Part shown: piece after piece, positions 56,713 through 64,000 of the stretch
How positions within the stretch are numbered: the first letter of the stretch is position 1
Layout of the letters: every line of letters starts with the position of its first letter
Virus record (IMG/VR): IMGVR_UViG_3300025133_000042
Span: 40,858-104,857 of that record
Source of the DNA: a virus
Strand: one strand, 5' to 3'
Length of the DNA: 64,000 nt
Position numbers and translations under genes: made by a program
The notes under the pieces: model-generated
Seen by the model: the letters and a program-made list of their open reading frames with translations, nothing else
Databases searched by the model: none
Told to the model about the DNA's origin: nothing

Positions 56713-57264
56713 TTAACTCGTATCACCAAGTTTCATCCAGCGCACGGAGCCTCCACCGACGTCAATGCTATAAAGAATTACGCCTGTGCCGACTGTTAAT
56801 GTTTTTGTTACACTCCCGCCAGTAGCGTCTTTAAAAGTTAGTTTAGGGGCGCCGGAGGATGTTGTAAGGCCGATAACAATCTTCACAAAGCCCGTGGCGG
56901 CGGCGTCCGCTAATGTTCCAGTAACATTGCCAGCCCCAGCAATAACTACGCTAACAGGTTTCGTTGCGTCCAGGTCGTCGTCTGATGTAATACTTTCGGC
57001 GCCTAAAACTATTTTTCTAAATAATCCGAAACTGTCTTGAGCTGAGTCTACGTTAGCTGCGACGTTGCCGGCTTGTGTGGAAAGCTGTAATTTTTTTCCA
57101 GATACCACCGGCTGCAGGGTCACATCACTTGAATCATTATTTATCTGTAAAAGTTTGGTGCCGCCGGCTGCAAAATAAACATCGCCGCCAGTGGCGTCTA
57201 AAATAATATCATGAGAACCGCTAATGTGGGTATCATTACTATCATCTTGAAGTCTCGTTGCCAT
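56713..57264 (-). CDS. Putative tail fibre/structural protein
   Basis: G/T/S-rich beta pattern DIILDATGGDVYF. Confidence 0.65.
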   Translation of the reverse strand: MATRLQDDSNDTHISGSHDIILDATGGDVYFAAGGTKLLQINNDSSDVTLQPVVSGKKLQLSTQAGNVAANVDSAQDSFGLFRKIVLGAESITSDDDLDATKPVSVVIAGAGNVTGTLADAAATGFVKIVIGLTTSSGAPKLTFKDATGGSVTKTLTVGTGVILYSIDVGGGSVRWMKLGDTS

Positions 57265-57300
57265 TGTTTTCTCCTTCGTACCATAGCTACTATTATAGCA

Positions 57301-60300
57301 CTATAGTTTTAATTTGTTTTTTAAAGTATCAATTATTGTCTTTAAATCTGTTATTTGTTCTTGCTGTTCTTTGACTGCCTCAACCAAAAGAGCAGTCATG
57401 CTAGCATAATCGATACCAAGAGTGTCTTGATTGCCTGCTTTATAAACAACTTCGGGAACAATTTCTTGTATCTCTTGGGCGATGAATCCAATATCGGCCT
57501 TACTATCAGAATTCCAAGTATATGAAACGCCTCGCATAGATAAAACTTTATCAAGGGGGTTTTCAAGAGTTGCGATATCGTGCTTCAAAGTTTCATCCGA
57601 ATAAGTAATAAACGCATTTGCTTTCACGGTACCATAAGTGCTGTTATTGGGAAGAACCACGCCGGTGCCATTGCCAACAGTAACGATATCGCGCGCAGAG
57701 CCCGCGACCAGCGCGTTTAAAATAATGCTACCGTCTTCTTCTCCATCGGTAACATCCTCTGAGAGGGCTCTAACATATGCATAAGTAATCGCTTCTGGGG
57801 TGCCAGCGTCATTTTCACCAACAAAATTAATGTCACCTAACACATCGTCATCAGCCGCGTTGGCGCCGTCTTTGTTAAATTTAAGTATTGCGCCAGCGGC
57901 GTCATTATTCGTATTTTTAAGCTCGAAAACTGGTATAGAAGAGCCGCCGGACGACGCTAGAATAAGTCCAGTATCTTCAGCGTGAGTCAGTGTAATCTCT
58001 TTATCTGCGCCGAAATGAATCGAGCCCGAATTCGATAGTAATATAAGATCATCGCCTATAACTGCATCTAGAGCAACAGACAAGCCACCGTCAGTTTGCA
58101 AGGATCCGTCGGTTGTTGAAGTGGCTGCTGTCGTATCGTCAGTCACAATCCTTCCGTCAGCCGAAACGGCGCCTGCGGTTGTTATAGTCACACCAGAACT
58201 GCCGATCCCGCCCCCGAAGGTTGCGCCGGCGGTGCAGACCATTGATGCCACAGTTGCAACGCCAGTATCAAGCGTACTAGAACCATTGTCAATGTTGCCG
58301 AAACCACTTGTAACACTACCAGCGTTCAACGCCCCCACAGTAACCATGTTTCCGCCGCCAACAGAGTTGGCATCGAAATAAGTCTGGAACGTTTGCACTG
58401 TCGTATGTTTCATAGTACCGGCGTCGTTGGTGAAGATACCATCGCCATTGGCAACGGCAGTGGTGCCTACACTAGAGCCGCCGTCCAAGAGCGCAAACTC
58501 AGCAGCAGTAACAGCCGAGGAGGCATCAGTCGCAGTGCCGGCCAGCGCAGGAATGTAATATGTACCTGCTGATAATGCTGGTAGTTTGAATGTCGCATCA
58601 GCTGTCGGGTCAACAACACCAAGAACTGTTTCGTGAGCATTTGGAGTAGTGCCCTCAAAAGTAAAGGAACTTGTAATATGAATAGTGGTGCTGTCCACAG
58701 TTGTTGTGGCGCCACTTACAGTCAAATCACCAGTGACCGTCAAGTTGTCGTTGATCGTGGTCTCCGAGGTGCTGTGACCAATACTAATTGCAGTTCCGGA
58801 AATACCAGTACCAATAGATACTGATTCGCTAGAGTTTGCAGTATCCACAATGAGGTAGGCATCGCTGCCTTGTTTAATCGTTAATGCGGTGGCAGAGTTG
58901 TCACTTACTGCGATATTAATATCTGTACCATCTGCGCTGATACTATCCAGTGCAATATCGCCGACATTGGTAACGTCCGCATCATTAAAAGATGTCGCGC
59001 CAAATGTGTTTGCTGCTGCTGTAGAAGTTAAGCCGGCTGCTGCAGTAACACCACCGCCATCTGCAATAGTAAGTGCGTTATCGCCGTCAGTATATCCAAT
59101 ATTGGCCGTTTGCACTTCACCAGAACAAAGCACGTTCCCTGTTGTTGTAACTGAATCGATATATGCGTCCTTCCAGCGTACGCCAGTTGTGCCTAAATCA
59201 ACACTGCTGTCTGTTTGCGGCCCGAAGAGGGAAGCGGAAACATAAACTTGCTCTGCGTTATCCGTATAGAAATGTATTTCATTGGCAGTTTCAAAATCAA
59301 TTTTGGTCTGAGCGTCTTCGCCTAGAACGAGATCCGTTGCAAGGACTGAGGTAATGCCTGTTTGTGCTCCGGCGAGCAGGACCGCGGTGCCCTCAACTGT
59401 AATTTGGCCAGATGATGCCCTTGCGATAGTCGTATCCGATGCGTGTCCAAGCTCAACTGTGCCGAGAACAACCAAAGCATCTGCAGACATATCCCATTGA
59501 ACATACTTGCCTGTAGTTTCACCAAAGAATTTGAAGTCGACACCATGATTATCTGCACCACCAATCAAGGTGCCCTCGGTATTTCCATCTGCGTCCCAGT
59601 GTACACCAACATGAGCAGCAGTGCCAGCAGTGTACATATATAAATCTTGACCCGATCCTGCACTTGCGCCGACCTTCGTAACACCGCTGACAGTCAGCCC
59701 TTGACTGTTCGTAGTAAGTGTTGCGCCAGGTTCATCAATGGTCTTATCGTCTCCATCACAGGCCATAATAACACCAGCAGTAGTGAAAGTGCTTCCTGCA
59801 ACGACGTCGCCGTCTTCGCCGCCGCCGACACTTGACATATCTGCAGATACATCCATGAACTGTTGCAAATACCAATTTGTTCCATCAAATGTCCACACTG
59901 TGATGTCACCTGATGCAGTAGTGATATTAGTTGAACCGCCCTTTAGAGTTCCACTCACATCAAAGATAACAGCACCAGTAGATATAACTGTGATTGTTTG
60001 GCCGGCGACTCCATCATCGAACGTTGTAAGTGTCTGTGAACTGGCATGAGTTTTGAAAAGATTTCCGGTCGCGACAGAAGGAGTCGTGTCGCTAGAACCA
60101 AATGTAACAAATGTTTCTGATGGACCGCTGAAGGCAGCTGCTCCAGCAACATGGAGCCTGCAGTTTGGACTAGCCGTTCCGATGCCGACGTTATCCATAA
60201 AGGAAACCGTGTTACCAGAACCAGATTGAAGAATTGAACCTGAAAAAGTAGTGGTGTCATAAAAAACACTAGAGCCACTCTTCTCAAACGTTCCTGAGAC

Positions 60301-60534
60301 GTTTAAACCACCAGAGACCTCCATTGTTCCTGAGACGTTTAAACCACCAGAGACCTCCATTGTTCCTGAGACGTTTAAACCACCAGAGACCTCCATTGTT
60401 CCTGAGACGTTTAAACCACCAGAGACCTCTACTGGAGATCCGCCGGAAAGCGTGCCTTTAATTTTAACATTATTTTCAAAAGTAACAAGGCTTCCGGTTG
60501 TTGGAAGGATGTTATTTACATAAAGATTGCCCAT
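57301..60534 (-). CDS. Tail fibre/spike with C-terminal peptidase S74 intramolecular chaperone
   Basis: GIGT.SP..LHV repeat; SDETLK...RGVSYTW...GFIAQE...LLVEAVKE coiled coil. Confidence 0.9.
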   Translation of the reverse strand: MGNLYVNNILPTTGSLVTFENNVKIKGTLSGGSPVEVSGGLNVSGTMEVSGGLNVSGTMEVSGGLNVSGTMEVSGGLNVSGTFEKSGSSVFYDTTTFSGSILQSGSGNTVSFMDNVGIGTASPNCRLHVAGAAAFSGPSETFVTFGSSDTTPSVATGNLFKTHASSQTLTTFDDGVAGQTITVISTGAVIFDVSGTLKGGSTNITTASGDITVWTFDGTNWYLQQFMDVSADMSSVGGGEDGDVVAGSTFTTAGVIMACDGDDKTIDEPGATLTTNSQGLTVSGVTKVGASAGSGQDLYMYTAGTAAHVGVHWDADGNTEGTLIGGADNHGVDFKFFGETTGKYVQWDMSADALVVLGTVELGHASDTTIARASSGQITVEGTAVLLAGAQTGITSVLATDLVLGEDAQTKIDFETANEIHFYTDNAEQVYVSASLFGPQTDSSVDLGTTGVRWKDAYIDSVTTTGNVLCSGEVQTANIGYTDGDNALTIADGGGVTAAAGLTSTAAANTFGATSFNDADVTNVGDIALDSISADGTDINIAVSDNSATALTIKQGSDAYLIVDTANSSESVSIGTGISGTAISIGHSTSETTINDNLTVTGDLTVSGATTTVDSTTIHITSSFTFEGTTPNAHETVLGVVDPTADATFKLPALSAGTYYIPALAGTATDASSAVTAAEFALLDGGSSVGTTAVANGDGIFTNDAGTMKHTTVQTFQTYFDANSVGGGNMVTVGALNAGSVTSGFGNIDNGSSTLDTGVATVASMVCTAGATFGGGIGSSGVTITTAGAVSADGRIVTDDTTAATSTTDGSLQTDGGLSVALDAVIGDDLILLSNSGSIHFGADKEITLTHAEDTGLILASSGGSSIPVFELKNTNNDAAGAILKFNKDGANAADDDVLGDINFVGENDAGTPEAITYAYVRALSEDVTDGEEDGSIILNALVAGSARDIVTVGNGTGVVLPNNSTYGTVKANAFITYSDETLKHDIATLENPLDKVLSMRGVSYTWNSDSKADIGFIAQEIQEIVPEVVYKAGNQDTLGIDYASMTALLVEAVKEQQEQITDLKTIIDTLKNKLKL
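60290..60429. repeat. Perfect 36-bp tandem repeat x3.9 (EVSGGLNVSGTM)
   Basis: Units start at 60290, 60326, 60362 and 60398. Confidence 0.95.
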
Positions 60535-60562
60535 GATTTATTTTTTCCCATAATAAATATGT

Positions 60563-62062
60563 TTAAAGTTCAGAAACATCTTTGATTTTTAAGACGGCTC
60601 CGGACTGTACAGTTAGTGTTATGCCATCGTTGAGCGTTATTGGACCCAACATTAAAGCATTATAGCCGGCCATAAGAGTAGTTGTTGCAGCAATGGCCGC
60701 CTTGTTCGCCACCATGTTGGCCATGACTCCGCCAAGAGCGATCAAAGTATTTCCATCAAAAGTTAAATTTGCCTCGGCGTCCAACTCTGTCGTTGTGGCG
60801 CCGATTGTAACCAGCCTGTTCTCGGCGTTGTTATTTAGAGCGGTGATTGTACCAACATTTGTTAGATTGGAGCCGTCGCCATAAAAGGCAGAGGCCGAGA
60901 TGTTAACCGATGCAGAAAGACTCCCAACTGCCAAATGGCCAGTAACTGATAAGTCTCCTGCGACCGACCCAGTGCCGGTGAGCGTCATGCCTGTAAACTG
61001 AGGGCTGTCTCCGGTACCCACGCCGATCGACGTACGTAGTGTAGCGCCGGATTCTGCAACAGGATCAGTAGAGCCGTCTCCAACAATCATTTCGCCATCA
61101 GATAAAACGGCCATGGCCGTGACCGCTCCAGTGCCCGAGCCCAGAAGAACTCCTCCGTCCGTTAAAGTTGAAGCTCCGGTGCCGCCATCTGAGACGGGAA
61201 CGTCAGTTCCGCCGGCCCTATAAATAATATTCCCTTCAATATTAACATCACCAGAACTGGCGCGTGACAAAGTAGTATCGCTGGCATGTCCTAGCTCAAC
61301 ATTACCAACAACTTTAATATTGCCAGTAACTGATAAGTCTCCTGCGACCGACCCAGTGCCGGTGAGCGTCATGCCTGTAAACTGAGGGCTGTCTCCGGTA
61401 CCCAAGCCTAGAGATGTCCTAGCCGTGCTGCCATCTTCATAGGCAAAACTGCCAGAGCCATTTGCAACAATAAACTTGCCATCTCCACTGACCGAGCCGA
61501 GAGTTTCTAAGTCAGCGAATATTTCATTTGCCATCTTGCTAGCAACTATTGATCCAGCTAGCATAGCATTTTCTACAGCTCCATTCGCGATGGTCATCGC
61601 GCCACTAGCTGCAATCGTTGCATCTCCTGATACATTTGCGAAAATAGAATTCTGCAAGTCTTCGAAAAGAACTTTCTTTTCGGTGCCATTGTCAGAGACC
61701 ATAAAATGATCTTGAGTTAAGTGGAGTGTTGCGCCGGCAACTGCACTAAGGGCATCAATGTCTGTTGAGCCGCCAGATCCAGGCAAGTTGCTAACTAATA
61801 CTTTCTTTGTGGAATTGTCTGTAACATCCTGTATGACAACGTAATCACCAGAAGCTGCTGTTGTGCCAAGAGCAGAAAGCTCGCTAGCGTCCAGCGATAA
61901 GACTGTTTGGCCGGTGGATGTGGACCCGGATATGCCAGTGCCGGCGGTGACAGAGAGGTCGGACTTAAGTGACGCTAAATGAATATTTTTAATTATTCTT
62001 TCTAGTTCTTGCCTGGTGTAGCTGCCAATACTGTTGCGAACTCTAGAACCACGATTGGCCAT
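60563..62062 (-). CDS. Tail fibre-like structural protein
   Basis: G/S/T-rich, GGTGA, FYGDGSNLT, AEANLTFDG; start MANRGS at 62062. Confidence 0.85.
   Translation of the reverse strand: MANRGSRVRNSIGSYTRQELERIIKNIHLASLKSDLSVTAGTGISGSTSTGQTVLSLDASELSALGTTAASGDYVVIQDVTDNSTKKVLVSNLPGSGGSTDIDALSAVAGATLHLTQDHFMVSDNGTEKKVLFEDLQNSIFANVSGDATIAASGAMTIANGAVENAMLAGSIVASKMANEIFADLETLGSVSGDGKFIVANGSGSFAYEDGSTARTSLGLGTGDSPQFTGMTLTGTGSVAGDLSVTGNIKVVGNVELGHASDTTLSRASSGDVNIEGNIIYRAGGTDVPVSDGGTGASTLTDGGVLLGSGTGAVTAMAVLSDGEMIVGDGSTDPVAESGATLRTSIGVGTGDSPQFTGMTLTGTGSVAGDLSVTGHLAVGSLSASVNISASAFYGDGSNLTNVGTITALNNNAENRLVTIGATTTELDAEANLTFDGNTLIALGGVMANMVANKAAIAATTTLMAGYNALMLGPITLNDGITLTVQSGAVLKIKDVSEL
60938..61404. 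repeat. 83-bp identical direct repeats (60938-61020 and 61322-61404)
   Basis: Base-for-base identical, 384 bp apart (in frame). Confidence 0.95.
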
Positions 62063-62526
62063 TATTTTCCAATCTCCACTGAAGCATAAAATATACCAAT
62101 TGACAAAAGAACGCCGGCGATGACGCCGCCAGCAAACCACCAATGAGAATAGTCATTCATCTCTTCTTTGAGGGCCGCGTTCAATTGTTTAATTTCTGTC
62201 TCTCTGAGCGAGAGAATATTTTTATTTAGAGACTTATAATTATCGAACTCGACTTGAAGCAGGTCTAAGCTTAGATTTTTATTCGTTAGTTCTTTTTGAA
62301 ATTCCTTTCTAAGCTGCAGCTCGACCTCAGTTCTGAGGTATTTCTCGTTCGTAATCATCTTGGCTGCAGCGATAGAGTCGAGCAAAATTCCAGCATATGG
62401 CGCTTCCTCGTTCATCTCGATAGAGTAAACTTGTCCATCCAGTGGCGCCTGTGCAGGTGCCGCAGTGGGAAAGATTATAATTGATAAAGCAACAATTGTC
62501 GCTATCAGCTTACGAAACATATTCAC
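62062..62526 (-). CDS. Signal peptide + coiled coil + C-terminal TM protein (spanin-like)
   Basis: MNMFRK...AAPA signal peptide; WWFAGGVIAGVLLSIGIFY. Confidence 0.6.
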   Translation of the reverse strand: MNMFRKLIATIVALSIIIFPTAAPAQAPLDGQVYSIEMNEEAPYAGILLDSIAAAKMITNEKYLRTEVELQLRKEFQKELTNKNLSLDLLQVEFDNYKSLNKNILSLRETEIKQLNAALKEEMNDYSHWWFAGGVIAGVLLSIGIFYASVEIGK

Positions 62527-62921
62527 CTCTCAACTAGTTGTGCATCCAAAATCTCAGCTATCCTCCTAGCTAATTCTTCTGGATTGTCTTCATACTCCTT
62601 AACCATCTCTTGCAGTTCCTGCTCTTTAAGTCCTTCGAGCTGCTCGATCTTTACATCAAACTGCCTCTCGATCTCTTTTAGTTTGTCTTGGCTGGCCTTA
62701 ATAGCTTCTTTTTGTTTTTTGTCCTTCTCAGCATTGCTTTCATTGATAATCTCTATCTCTTTGTTGTACCTTTCTTTTTGTTCCTCAAGAAGCTTGAACA
62801 TCTTGTTCTTCGACCCCTTGCCAGAAAATAACAACAAAATTCCCAGTATAAGGATAACGGGGAAATACCAATAATTCTTAAACCAAACCCAGGCTTTTTT
62901 CCAAAAAATCGCCGTCAACAC
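62523..62921 (-). CDS. N-terminal TM + coiled-coil protein (i-spanin-like)
   Basis: TM at ~16-33 followed by a charged coiled coil. Confidence 0.6.
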   Translation of the reverse strand: MLTAIFWKKAWVWFKNYWYFPVILILGILLLFSGKGSKNKMFKLLEEQKERYNKEIEIINESNAEKDKKQKEAIKASQDKLKEIERQFDVKIEQLEGLKEQELQEMVKEYEDNPEELARRIAEILDAQLVER

Positions 62922-62923
62922 TG

Positions 62924-63118
62924 CTATGCCCCATGCTTCCAGCGGGCCGCGATATCAACAAGCGCTTCTGAGCCAATATAGCATAAAGTGACTGCAACCC
63001 AGTCCTCACTTGTTAAAGAACTAGTTGCAACCAACCAAGTTGCGGTGCCCCATGCTAAAAATTTACGGGATATAAATCGATTTACGTGCTTGTCTAGCCA
63101 CGCTGTTATTCTTGCCAT
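62924..63118 (-). CDS. Small holin-like membrane protein
   Basis: SRKFLAW...WVAVTLCYIGSEALVD; two TM segments; late motif upstream. Confidence 0.6.
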   Translation of the reverse strand: MARITAWLDKHVNRFISRKFLAWGTATWLVATSSLTSEDWVAVTLCYIGSEALVDIAARWKHGA

Positions 63119-63147
63119 GTTATAAGTCTCCTATTAATATAAATAGT

Positions 63148-64000
63148 TTACTCATTTACATATGCCTTGCCGTTATTTTTCTCAATTAATATCTGGCTGT
63201 CAACAATGTCCTTTAAAGAATCCAAGTGTGATATAAGAAGAACGGTTTTAAATTGAGTTTTAATCATATCAAGAATTCTAATAAAGCCTTCCATATTATC
63301 CGCATCAAGAGCTGTTCCAGGCTCGTCTAAAATAAAAACGTCGCCTTTTGGCAGGGTTGAGACGTTTAAAAGAGCCAGGCGTATGGCCATGGCGGCGATC
63401 GTCTTCTCTGCGCCAGAGCCCATTTCGATGGGGCGCGGTTCATGGCGAGGATGTTTAATTAAGATGTCAAGTTTTTTATCGTCACTTTCAAATAAAATTT
63501 CAAAATCAACAATATTGGTCAAAATTTTTGATACCTCGTCATTAATAATGGGCAGGTGCTTCTTAATGATGTCGTAAGAAATACCATTAGCATGCATGCA
63601 GCGCATGAAAAGATCAGCCGAGGTAAATTCGCTCCTCATGTCTTCGAGGTATTTCTTCTGCTCTTCAAGCTCTGTGTTTCTCTGTTCTTCTCGGCCGGCC
63701 GAAGTGTAGAGGAGCACCAACTCCTCTCGAAGAAGAGCGAAGGCTTTCTTGGCAGTCGATATGTCGCCTAAAAGAACTGCTTTGTCTTTTTTCATATCAT
63801 TGAAGCTGATAATCAATTCGCAGTTCTGCTCATAAAGTCTTTCTTTGTCTTTTAGAATAGAAAGAGCGTTGGTGGCTTTCATTAGTTTGAGCTTGTCTTT
63901 TTCAATATCAAGCTGCAATTTAGATACCAAATCTTTCTGAGTTACCCTCTTGTCTTGTAGCTTGTAATATTTCTCTACATGATTGTCGAGCTTTGGGAGA
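63148..64000 (-). CDS. SbcC/Rad50/gp46-like recombination ATPase, C-terminal part (partial)
   Basis: Coiled coil, signature GSGAEK, Walker B FILDEP, LD, ISH. Confidence 0.92.
   Translation of the reverse strand, partial: LPKLDNHVEKYYKLQDKRVTQKDLVSKLQLDIEKDKLKLMKATNALSILKDKERLYEQNCELIISFNDMKKDKAVLLGDISTAKKAFALLREELVLLYTSAGREEQRNTELEEQKKYLEDMRSEFTSADLFMRCMHANGISYDIIKKHLPIINDEVSKILTNIVDFEILFESDDKKLDILIKHPRHEPRPIEMGSGAEKTIAAMAIRLALLNVSTLPKGDVFILDEPGTALDADNMEGFIRILDMIKTQFKTVLLISHLDSLKDIVDSQILIEKNNGKAYVNE

Noticed and set aside
57301-62062. Diversity-generating retroelement or invertase-driven fibre switching
   Set aside because: The repeats are identical direct repeats with no adenine-specific mismatches, and there is no reverse transcriptase or invertase in the window.
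1-64000. Stop-codon reassignment as seen in some large phages
   Set aside because: Conserved genes are full length in the standard code, and TAA, TAG and TGA all end genes at the expected positions.

Overview
A 64-kb slice of a large lytic dsDNA phage with a T4-like (gp23/gp20/gp18) myovirus virion. All ~75 credible genes are on the minus strand, use the standard genetic code, and mostly have GGAG-type Shine-Dalgarno sites. In transcription order (right to left): 3' end of an SbcC/gp46 ATPase; a holin/spanin-like trio; tail fibres; terminase, portal and prohead protease; ribosomal protein bS21; scaffold, major capsid, neck, sheath and tube; tail chaperone, tape measure and baseplate; then a replication/metabolism block. 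That block holds a minimal family-A polymerase, a divergent tubulin/FtsZ, SSB, a ParB-like protein, an FKBP PPIase, RecA, a deaminase, a 5'-3' nuclease, a DnaB-like helicase, class II RNR, GroES, a lytic transglycosylase, DnaE, dUTPase, a GMP reductase/IMPDH, a sigma region-4 protein, ClpP, GroEL and glutaredoxin. I saw no integrase, tRNA, CRISPR array or transposase. Main unexplained signals: (1) a three-copy covarying hairpin element that brackets single accessory genes between ssb and recA like cassette boundaries; (2) a U7 slippery site implying a +1/-2 frameshift in the tail chaperone; (3) a mini-PolA / degenerate tubulin / SSB locus in a phage that also has DnaE; (4) an unannotated 21-aa Cys-Cys peptide with a very strong SD in the head operon; (5) an ACTAnTTA late-promoter-like motif that also marks probable head-internal proteins, one of them nuclease-like. 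All functional calls come from motif recognition by eye; no searches were run.
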